From Paraspadella gotoi (Eukaryota > Animalia > Chaetognatha), in assembly GCA_051294375.1 (NCBI GenBank), contig CM119266.1, positions 26,646,447 through 26,710,446 of the forward strand: DNA of 64,000 bases, given 5' to 3'. A program made the translations under genes and the position numbers. The notes below the pieces were generated by a model. That model was not told where the DNA came from. It searched no databases and was given only the letters and a program-made list of their open reading frames with translations. Positions 13,610 through 50,819 of this stretch are shown in pieces; the first letter of the stretch is position 1; the number at the start of each line of letters is the position of its first letter.

Positions 13610-16600
13610 CTTCCCTTCGATTGTTTTTTTGTTTTCTTTTTGTTTGTTTACCTTTCGTCTCTACTCTGCCGCTCGATCGCTTTTGGATAAACCGTCAGGT
13701 TTCAGAATGAAGCTATTATCGATTTCGCATCTTGATTGAGAAAAAAAATATTTTGATCCTTGGTTAAAACGAGGAAGAGGAAGAGAACGAAATCCGGCTA
13801 AATTCATTGCTGCGTGTTCGACATAATCGTCGTTAGCATCATCACTATCATCCTTACTATCGTTTTCGTCGTCGTCGTCGTCGTCGTAGTCGTCGTCTTT
13901 TCCTGTTGAAAAAGATTCACCTTTGGTTTTTCTTGCGGCCAAAACTTCAGAAATGAAAATCATCGTTATCGCCGTTGCAGACGTCATGATCATCATCTGC
14001 ATCGTTATCATTGTCATGATCATCATCTTCGTCATCATTTTTATCTTAATCATCGTTATTCTCGAAAAAACATCGACACCTCAGTGAAATCCGCTTCACC
14101 GCGTGAATCTTCGTCGTCGTCGTCGTCGTTTTCAGTTAAAAATAACTTGGACGCCTTTCGGACGAGAGGGTTAATGATTCAACAAGACAACCTGTTCAGT
14201 AGTTCACCGTAAATCATGATTTTTATTCTACTAAGATGTCTTTATTTCGATAAAAGGGTTTCACCTCTTCTTCCAAAGAACGAAACAATTTTATCTCACC
14301 AACGATTGACTGACTGACTGACTGATCGATCGATCTCCAGAAATGTTTTCAGAGGCCTGATAGAACAAGCGCCATGAAGGAACCAAGTGTTGGAAAAAAA
14401 ATATCTCTATCGATTTTGAGATTTTTTTTCAAAATAAATAGGTATCTAGAGTTCAAGATTTTTTTGACTAATTATAATTGTTTACTGACTCAACGTAGTA
14501 CATAAACAAAAAAAAACTTTCAAATAAATATTTGCTCTTCAAATGCGATCAGTCTATTTCGTTAAATTAGTACGGATAAAATTGGATAATAACGCGATTA
14601 AATCAAAGTGTTAATTATAATACTTGTTTCCAAGTTAATTATCAAGCGAGTATTGTTATCGAGTTATAAAAAAATCAAGAATAAATTATTAGTAAATGAC
14701 GATTATGTCGTAGCCGACCGCGGGTGACGCCAATGGAACACCCGCGGGGACCTCTGAGAGACGCTGGTTGGACACAAAACGGAATCGTAGAACAACGTTG
14801 CTTCATTTGCAACGTAATGTTAAAATCAATGTAAAGCAATGTATATCGTCAAATATAATCGTGGGAAATTCGTAAACATTGTGGAGAGAAACGTTGCTCG
14901 ATCGAGCGCCTTTTGTTCTTCGTCCTTTTTTTTGTTTTTTGGTTATAGTTTTCTTATTTCGTTTGTTTTCTTTTTTTTTTTTTTGCCCAAAATCAAAAAC
15001 GAAACAGGAACTGGATTCGACGGAATATCTCGTCTACAATCGAAAAGGGGTCGAACGTAATGGATGGGTGCGGCAATGTTTTGACGCCACGTCAAAGCCG
15101 CATCAAAGAGAAAATAAATCTGGGACACACCAACATATTTGTGAACATATAGTATTAGGCTGGAGTTCAGTGACAAGAAAAATAAAATTGACGTGCCTCA
15201 AAACCGAATCTGGGAAATCACTGAGATCGCGCTCAGGTCATCTGTGATAATGAGGATGATAAGGGTAATGGAAATTATTATTTTATTTTTATTTATTGAT
15301 ATGGCTTAAAGTTTTACTAAATAATTAAATGCTCGCCGAGAGAGTCGTTTCACACTTTCCTTTCCAGGCGACACGACTCGCCGGGCGGCGATACACATCG
15401 CCGCGACATTTCGATGGCCCTTTCGTGACCGAGGCCGTGCCTACGCGGCGAGACGCCGGACGCGAAATGACATGAGGCGAGGCGCTAGATAACGCGTGAC
15501 GCGCGACATTACGAGACGTGACGCTCGACATGATGAACCAAAACAAACGGCGGAATTTTTCGAACCTTCACAACGAATGAGTGATAGAAATTTCGAGAAG
15601 GGATAAAATACGTCGAGGAGTAGCAGGAGCAGTTCGCGATACATTTTGTTCTCATAAATAGATATTTTTGGTGTTTTTTTCGTTCTCACGCCTGCAGCAC
15701 GAAAGATACGCGACGAAACGAACGCGTAAGAAGATTATTTCGTCATAATTTTGGCGTTCGAACTCGAAAGGAAAAAGAAAACAAAAGGGAATCAATTTCT
15801 GAGTTTTTTGACAGGGGGGCAGAAAGGGTGAGTAATGGAAAAGGAAAGGGCCAACGAAAAAGAAAACATGTAATCCATTCTTCCGACGTCATATCGACAC
15901 GCGTGGCTATGAAACGGGATTTTGTCATAGGTTTTTACGTAGGCTATTGCTTCCCCATTTTGTCTTCACCCTACTGCAAAATCATTTTTTGGGGGAAATA
16001 TCTAATCTAAATTAAACATATTGCGTAAATGTATACATTTTAAATTTTAATCGGATATTTTTGAATTTATGGATAGAAGTGAAGCTAAATTGAAATCCAT
16101 TTATAGGTAAATTTATCAATTCTTTCAAATCTTATTTATTTTTTAAAAAATAATTTAAAAATTAAAATGGTGTCGATATGGAGTTCGGCAAAACGGAAAC
16201 CTCTTCGCCGTTTCCATGGGACATTAATCCGGCCTTTTTAACTCCACTTTGGTCTTTCGAAGAAAAGGTGTCACAACGTTTGACCCCCTTTCTCAGACCA
16301 TTTTACGACCACTTACGCCACTTTGACCACCTTTGCCGACCTAGCTGACCCCTCCCCCTTTTTTTTCCCCGAGATCGACTTCTGGAAGAAGATGGTTACT
16401 TTTTTCTCGCCGCTAAATTCTGGAGAGTCTGGGCGGCGAAAACGGATGAAATGGCCGATAAAATGGCGGACAAAATGGCGGCCGATTCCAAAGGGAAATG
16501 GATTGGGACAAAAAAAGCCCCAACGTTTTCTTCGTACTTGTGGTGGTCGGCTAAAAAGTCGGTCAATTAGCTTAGTGGGTTAACGTCGGTTGAACACCGA

Positions 16601-17044
16601 GGTCATATGGATAACCTGACGTCTTGGTGTTTGCTTAAAAACGCAGAGTACAAAGGTAATCTTAATGTAAGACGTTTAAAAATGACAACGATTTACAATA
16701 TTAGATAAAATGAGATAAAATACAAATTCTTTTAATATTGGTAAACAGTTTGAAAATCGTTGTCAATGTCTAAAATACAAGAAAGTAAGGATTGAAATCA
16801 TAGGATCATACATGATATACTCGTCACCTCAAGAGAATGATAATTTTATGAAAAATACAGGATACATTTTCATCGAAATCTTCGCTGAACCGCGGGGGTA
16901 CAGAGTGAATCTTAATGTAAGACTTTTCATGTGAAAGATGGTTCACTGCATCGCGTTCGAAAAAAAAACCCGGTAGCGGAAAAAAAAAATATTTAATTCA
17001 ACCTTTCAGTTGAATCCGAATTTAGGGAAAAAAACTAAAAGGAC

Positions 17045-19381
17045 TCATCCGAATCTGAATGGAATGGCCCGTTTGCCGAACCGGAAGGGGATCGGGGCGC
17101 GCTTGCCGAAGCGGAACGGGATGGCGCGCTTCATGGCGGCGTTGAAGGCGGCGTCGTTGATGGCGGTGGCGTCGGTGAGGTCGGCGTCGTCCAGGAAAGC
17201 CTCGTCGTAGTAGAAGGCGTCGAGCGGCGCCGTGAGAAAGTCCGCGTCGTCCATTCTGAGGTGGAGATCAAAGATGGCGGAATTGAGTGAGAGATGTTGG
17301 GCCTTTTGTTTTCTTTAAATTTTTTGTTTAAATTTTATAACTTTGATAAGAAGCGATTCAACGATTGAAACATTACAAAAAAAATGTTATGCCACTTGAT
17401 TAATAGGGAAGACAGGGAAGCTCATGGAGTTAATGAAATAGACTTAGATAATCTTGATTGAAAGCTTGCGGGGTCCTGCTATATGAAATTGATACAATCA
17501 ATATAAATATATATTTTAATCATGTAACCTTAACCCACCATAGCCTGTTCAAGGTTCAAAGTCAGGGGCAAGATAGGTTATATATTGAAAAAGTGAATAA
17601 TTTTCATATGTTGTATCAATTTCATGAATTTATAATTTCAGCCATCTGTTCTCAGTGCCCAAGAATTCCGGATCAGGTTTTAAATTTACATTTTTGCATA
17701 AATTTCTAGTAATTAGTAGTTTTAATTTTTTTTTTACTGAGCCACTGAAAATCCCAGGTCGGTTCTTACACGCCGCCTATCAGCGCTGCCACTCTGACCC
17801 AACCCAATACTCAATCGCTCACCTCCACTTGTCATCCCTCTTTCCGTATCTTAACGGGATTCTCGGCGTCCTCTTGTCCGGTCGCGCCGACGACGCGGAT
17901 TCCACTTCGGCGCCGGATTCCGCCGAGTTTCCGGCGCGTTTGCCGAAACGGAAGGGAATGACTTTTCCTCGTTTGCCGAACCTTGTGGGGATGGCGCTGC
18001 GGAGGGGGGGACGTCAGAAAAATGGTGTCAACGTTAAAGTTTTAACATTCGTCCACGGTTCTAGTGAAAACAAAAAAATTATATTTTCTTGATAATTGTT
18101 TTCATTTTAAATAAAATTTATTAAGTTAGTTTTTTTCTAACTTTTAACAACTCCTTGCGGCCCACGTTTGGAGAAACCGACTCGTCAGCTACTTACTCAT
18201 AGGGCATTCGTTTTCCCTCGTACATCATGGAGTCGGCGTCGTCATTCATGTCGACGTCGAGTCCCGCCTCGGCGCCCTCAAAATCGCCGCCGCCGCCGCC
18301 GCCGACGCCGCCGACGCCGCTCCGCTTTCCGAACCGGAAGGGGATTGGCTTGCCTCTCTTTGTCTAAAGTTATGAAGATCGAAAGTCTTTAAAAGTTTAT
18401 AACTTGTTTGCAGAATCGATACTAGCCGATTATGGAAAAGCGTGGATAAATTTATCGCTAAGTCGATTATTATTATTTTTTTAATCGCATTGCCTAGGAT
18501 GCCTAGTATGCATTTGAAGCTAATTAAGACTAATATATCTTGACTTTCTCAGAGAAAAACGCTCTAGTTAATTTGACTATGGTTAGTAAGGCATAGTAAA
18601 ATTTCTAAATTTAACTTAAATTAAAATTCTAAAAGTGAGGAACAACAACATTAACTGAATAAACATTTATGTCAATAAAAATTTTATAATAAATTTTACA
18701 ATTTACACAGTAGGCCATATTTATACTAGTACTAATCCAATAAATGTTAAAATTTTAAAACATGTTTTTCTAAGATTTTTTTGCAGATTTGGATTCGTCA
18801 TAAAAAGTTGATAAAAAGAAATATAACTCTTTTTAAAAAATTCCTTCATTAAGTGGGTCAAAAATTAGAAAAAAACTATATTTTTAAGCTGAAAATTAAC
18901 TTTTTATATATCAAATATAGTTTTTTAAAAAATTTTTAACCCACTTAATGAAAGAATTTTAAAAATGAGTTATATTTTCTTTTATCAACTTTTGACGAGG
19001 AATTCAAATCTGCATCAAAATTAAGAAAAGCCTATGTTAAAATTTTTCAATTTTATAAGGATAGTACTATATATAAATAGTAGCCTACTGCGAAAATTAA
19101 AAAACATAAAATTAATTTTTTTTACAAATTAATGTTCACTGATGGTATGTTGTTCATAATTGACATTTAGAATTTTTGTATGTAACTTTCACTACGCCTT
19201 AATGGTTAGTGGTTATTCAATATTCATGGAACTTCTACGTAAACGCGCAGAATCTTCTTGACTAAAGCGAATTGTTTATCAGGCGTAAATTAAATCTGGA
19301 GCTCACCTGTGAATCATCACAAGAAATAGTAGCAGCGATTGCGAGGAGAAGAACACCAACAAATAATGAAGGAAATTCCAT
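17045..19381 (-). CDS. RFamide/RYamide neuropeptide precursor (IPxRF/Y-amides), 4 coding exons
   Basis: Exon 1 (19381-19307) encodes signal peptide MEFPSLFVGVLLLAIAATISC. Exons ~18363-18197, 17996-17823 and 17255-17045 splice in frame and give seven KR-flanked, Gly-terminated peptides: GKPIPFRF, MPYDAIPTRF, GKVIPFRF, TPRIPLRY, AIPFRF (x2), APIPFRF. Confidence 0.92.
17398..17626 (+). mobile_element. Dispersed repeat family B, diverged copy
   Basis: tagggaag...cttgattgaaagcttgcggggtcctgctat...caaagtcaggggcaagatag...tgtatcaatttcat. Confidence 0.7.
18587..19201. mobile_element. Non-autonomous hAT-type DNA transposon (MITE-like, 615 bp)
   Basis: Termini TAAGGCATAGT...ACTACGCCTTA; exact 8-bp TSD ATGGTTAG at 18579-18586 and 19202-19209; imperfect inverted halves; second copy at 51036-53832. 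Confidence 0.9.
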
Positions 19382-20159
19382 ATTCTATTTAAGAATAAAA
19401 CAAATGGTCATTTTTTTTAAATTATTTTTTTCAAGTCAGAAAATCACCGGAAATATCGTGGGTTCTACATAATAACTAAAGATCAATCACCAATCAATCA
19501 CGACCGAAAACAACAATCAACGGACCCAAATGAAAATTAACTTGACATGAGAAGTCAGATGATGACTTTCATTTTAAACGCAATGTCAAAAAAATGCGTC
19601 TGCGTAGCAAATGTCATTGTAAACACGAATGTCCAATGTCAAAAATCACAAACTTTATTTCATATGAAGGAGTTCATTCAAAAAGATGACTTTAAAAATC
19701 CCTCCTCACTTCAAAATTTGCCCCAAAAAAAAAAAAGAAAAAAAAAAGAATAAGGTTGTTTTCGCTTCATGATTTTTGCGTGAACATTCATAAGGAAAAC
19801 AAACAAAAGGGAAGAAAAGAACCGAGTCTCCTTTTCTTCTATCGACGTGAGCAAGGTCGAGTTTTGGAAAGGAGAAGCTAATTTCAAGCCTCTTGACTCT
19901 CAAAACAATTTCATTTTGAAAAATATAAAAAAAGAAATTCAAATTTAAATTAGACAAACATTGAGAAGTGTGGAAGGCGGGAAAAAAAAACTCAAGAGGG
20001 ACAGAACTTTTAAATGAAAAAAGTAAATGTTAAAATATTATGAAATCAATTAAATTTGTGGTTTCCGTTTTCGGAAAAGATATTTTTAACATCATTTTTT
20101 ACTTTAATAATTTTCTAAACCACTTTGTTTGTTTTCCTTTCATTACGTTGCGTTATTTG

Positions 20160-20292
20160 TTTGAGGTAGAAAACGAGTTTTATCAAGGAACATAAATTTC
20201 GGACATGTTTGGGCTTCATGTAAGAACATGTCCGAAATTTATGTTTCTTAATAAAACTTGTACGTTAACAAACAATTCATTTTTTACCTCAA
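20160..20292. repeat. Foldback palindrome with hammerhead-like 3'-half motif
   Basis: Arms acgagttttatcaaggaacataaatttcggacatgtt and aacatgtccgaaatttatgtttcttaataaaacttgt; outer ttgaggta / tacctcaa. Confidence 0.75.
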
Positions 20293-21553
20293 GCTAAACC
20301 AATTTAACTTTTTATCAGTCCGTTTTTAGACGCAATCCAAAGCGGAAACTGACAAACGCCATCATCAGCAGGCGTTAAAAATTGTTTATGAACCCCCAAA
20401 AAATAGTAAAATTTAATTCTTAAATATCACCAAAAAAGAGTTATCCAAAAATAAAGATATCTTCCTACCGAAAAAAAAAATATTGCAAAAGAAAAAAAAC
20501 TTACTCTGTAATTCGCGATGCGTCGGACGACAAAAGAAAAAAAGTTGTGAAATCAAAAAAACGCGGCTCCTTTTAAACCGGAAGCGGCGATGGCGGCGGA
20601 GGAGGAAGAGGATGAGGATGAGGAAGAAAAGGAGTAAAATGAGGAGGAGAAGGAAGAGAAAAAAGGAGGAGGCCGAGGAGATTTCTCGCCTAACGAACGC
20701 GTTAAGTCTCCGTTAATAGAAAAAGAGGACGCAATCCCGTCATACGTCCGTCTTCATTATCGGCGGATAATAACGCGGCGAAAGCGGATGGACCGGAAAG
20801 GGCGAAGCGTAAAGTATCTAGATTGTTCGTCCGAGTTTGAGCAAAGTGGATCGCCCAAGAGATGATAAGGCTGGGAATAAAATTTGTTCTTTAAAATTTA
20901 ACACTCGACTGCTTCAAGTTCAGAAAGTTAATGTCTAAGTTCGGGAAAGTTTAAATGCCTCCACTTTGTACAAAATGTAACATTTAAAATTAAGAAAATG
21001 AATACCATTTACCTAATATGAGGTTTGAAAGTGAAATACTCTGTTTTAGTGGCAGATAATGCAACCTACTTGAAGGTAATGTTTGGATGTGTAACATTCT
21101 ACTATTTGCAGGTAACTAAAAGCGGCAGAGATGGGAATATTCTCTCTATGGTACATCGAGACCTTTAGACAATTATCACTATGGACTTAGAGTGATTTCA
21201 TTTATTATTTTAACGAGTAAAGAAAGTAATTTCTATCATTTAATCCTTTTTTTATTATTTTTTTTAATGTTTTCTTTACTTCGCTTTTCGCAAATTTCTT
21301 CCAAGTGCTCCATCGACAACTATGGGCGCGAAAATACGAGACACGAAGATGTGCGCGTCATCATAATCTTATCCTAACATTTATCTCTTATTCTAAGGGA
21401 CCCCATTTTTTTCCTATTCTGTGTATTGCTCCCAAAAATTGTTAATTTCAAGACTTAAATTAAGTCTTAATTACTCTTTCCTATCAATTTTATTTCGAGA
21501 TTTTAGCCAATCGCGCCCTCTGGAAAGTGTCGCCTCGACATCGTAGGCGCATT

Positions 21554-21569
21554 TGACGTCGTGACGTCA
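21554..21569. promoter_or_regulatory. Tandem CRE-like sites
   Basis: TGACGTCG immediately followed by a perfect TGACGTCA in a CpG-rich patch ~2.2 kb upstream of the neuropeptide ATG. Confidence 0.3.
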
Positions 21570-22741
21570 ATTGACTTTCGGTCCTTCGCGCGTGACGCTT
21601 AATCCCCGAGGAGTTGAGGGGATCCATCTTTTTTTATTTTGGAAGTGGGAGGCATGGCGTATTAGGGGGAGAGGAAAAAAAATAGAGCAATTGGGTTGAC
21701 GTCTTTTGCGGCCGATTGGGTGGAAGCAAGATGGCGTTGCGACGGTCCGGTTGAGGATTTAGTAGCATCAGGAAAAAGAAAGTAATTGAGATGGCGAAGG
21801 AAAATTAGGGTCAAAAGAACTTGACTCTGATACAAACTAGAATAATGACACTAGCAATTTAATAATATTTTGAGATCAAACTTAAGTTCAAATATCCATT
21901 TAAGTTTTTACACCTTAAAAATCATATTATCATTAAATTAAATAAAACTAACCATTAAATTTAATATTTAAATAAAAATATATAACTTTTTATAGTTTGT
22001 TAAAATTTGTATTTGTATCTCGCAACTTTGGGATCATCGACAGACGTCACAGAGACCCCACAGCTTATTATATTATTATATTATATTATTATATATTATA
22101 TTATATTATGTGACATTTTGTTTCGGACCGGATTTCGAGGACTTTTCCAGAAATTGACGAAAGTCGAAACGTTAAGCCGAGTTTGATCCCTTACATGTCA
22201 TCGTTGCAGTGACAACGTTGATCCCAAGTTATCATTCTTCTATCATCGATACCTCGCCCTCATCGAGAGACGTGTTTACGACGAAAACGCTTAACTATTC
22301 GTTGGGTCAGCAGAGAAATAGGATCATGGTTCCGATTATGGAGATTTTAAGGCTGGTTTTAATAAAGGAGACAGAGTTTTCGACTCAAAACAAAGAGCTA
22401 GTTATAAAACTAGGGCAGAAGGTAACTTTTAACCTTGTGTTGTATAGATACATCCTCTATTTCCAAAAGACAACACACTAACATTCCTCTCCCCATTACA
22501 CTAAATAAGAATATACTTATTATTTGGTACGTAGATCAACCGCCCCGGAAAAAAAACACCAAATTTGGTACAAAATATAGTTTATTTCTAGTAAAAAAAA
22601 AAAAGAATCAAAAACCGAAAAACCAATTTTAAGAAAATATATGTATAAAAATAATTATCGGGATGCAACGTGATTTTTTAGTCGATGTATAAAAAAATAT
22701 GAATCTCACCATAAAAAAAAAGGCAAAAGAGAAAAAGAAAC

Positions 22742-48786
<26,045 letters not shown>

Positions 48787-50819
48787 TTTCGCGTCGACGC
48801 CCCACGAGTGACGGTGTTTACGGCGGAAAAATGACGGAGAAAAAGTTTTAAATCATCGCGCGCAGATGAAAAGCAAAAAAAGTTGAAACGCCCCTTTTTT
48901 TATTGTTAATCGCGGTTGCGTAAAAGAGAGATTTTCTGAAATTTTTTTTTTCCGGATTGCCAATATTCTTTGAGAACTTGCTTCTCTGGTTTAATAAATT
49001 ACGTTTTATCATGCGTTTTATTAAAAGCTTAGCTCGGATTGCACTTTTTCCTGGGACACTTGTTGTCGCGCCCCAGATGATGAGGGAGACTAACTCTGTT
49101 CTGGGCGAATCAGACGACGGCCCGCACCAACTCAAAACAGTTTGCCTTTTGTTTTCAAGCCTTCTAGTTGCAACGACATCTCCCAAGTGCTAAGATATAA
49201 CAGGACAGACACATATGAGCAATTTACTAGTTTACTTGCAATCATAGCCCAGAGGTATTCGTGGCATGAATCAATTTGTCGAAAAGTCTACCACAATTTG
49301 ATTTCATTCGCGTGCTTTTTGCCACGTGTCCTGGTTAGAACGATTTGCATCATAAAACTCTACGTCGATATCTTTCGGGACTTTAAATTTCATCGCTATT
49401 CAACCAACTTTTTTATTTAGCATTTAATTTAAAATAATTATAATATCGCTGACAATGACTTTGCTTTGCGCATAGCTTAGAACCGGTTCAGAAGGGTTCA
49501 AGGCTATCTGAGTATTTTTTGAGGGTCTCTTTACAGTGCTGACTTTACTCTTTCTCTCGTTTTGATTTATTCGACAAACAAAGCGATTTTGTTCGATCCG
49601 AAAAATGTATATACTTAATGATATATTTCTTTTTAATTATTAATATTTGTGATAAAAAATATTGCTTTTTTAAATAAACGAAGGCAAAAAATTGGCATCC
49701 GAATTAACTTTTTCATCATTTAATCTTAGATAAGAAAAGTGGTGAAACATTTCAGGAAATCGTACGGGCCGACCGGCACAGTAATCTAACGGCTGATGTC
49801 GGTGAACTCGGCAGTTGAGACGACGGCCTCTGCTGATATGTCACATCTCAACTGAATGAAGGAAAAAAGATTCAAGAGGTTATTTAGTATAAATTTTGTC
49901 GGAATCAAGACTTGGAGGTAAAAATAAAATCCAGAAATTTGATCAGCAGAATTTATTGTAGAGAGCTCACCACAGCGTTGACGAAGAACTGTGTCACAAT
50001 TATATTTTGCTTGTTTTGAAATATTTTTTTCTGTAGGTTAATATAGGTTTATTGGGTTAAATTTTATTTTCGTCGACCGGGGTTTTGGCGTTTTTCAAAA
50101 AATCACTTAAAATATTTATTTTTTTTTAAATGTTATTTCGAGCTAATCGTTTTGTTATATTTAAAATTAATATTAAGTGAATTTTTTTTTTCTGACAGAC
50201 AACGAACTTGTTTTTATTTTTAAAGAAAAAAATGTATATGTTTCGGCTAGTATGTTCGCCTGCATCATAACCTATTATTATTTTTCGCTGACGAAGGCGA
50301 GCATATTAGCTAAATTATGTACTTTTTTTTCCTTAAAAATAAAAAAACAAACAATTTTATTTTATTTTAAAAAAAAACTTTAAAAAATTTAATTTATTAT
50401 TTAAATTTATTACCATAAACCCCGGTTGGCGAAAATCAAATTATGCCGTTTATAGATCTATATGCCTAAGCTTCTAAAGAAAATTCTCTTTCCTTTAACA
50501 TTTATTTAATAAATTGATCATAAAGTGAATCATGTAAATTTTTTTTGAATAGCAATTCACATTCAGTAGCGAAGTCGGTGGTTGAGTTTGCATTGAACAA
50601 TAAAAAGAAAATCAAACGACAAACAAAAAAAATTATTTCCTTTTTTTTCGATCCAGACAGAATTTTAATTTTATCGAAGGGAAAAGTCAGAGAAAATGCG
50701 CACAAAATCTATCAGAATTTGAAGCGCTCAAATAAAAAAAAACAAAAACAAAAACATAAACGAAAAAAAGGAAAAAAATAAACATTAAAACTGTATAAGG
50801 AAAAACAAGTTGATGAAAA

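Noticed and set aside
14700-16600. CpG-rich patches and short ORFs between the cyclophilin and neuropeptide genes
   Set aside because: No coherent exon chain or protein motif found by eye.
49075-49130. C/D snoRNA candidate (ATGATGA)
   Set aside because: No D box (CTGA) at a suitable distance and no terminal stem.
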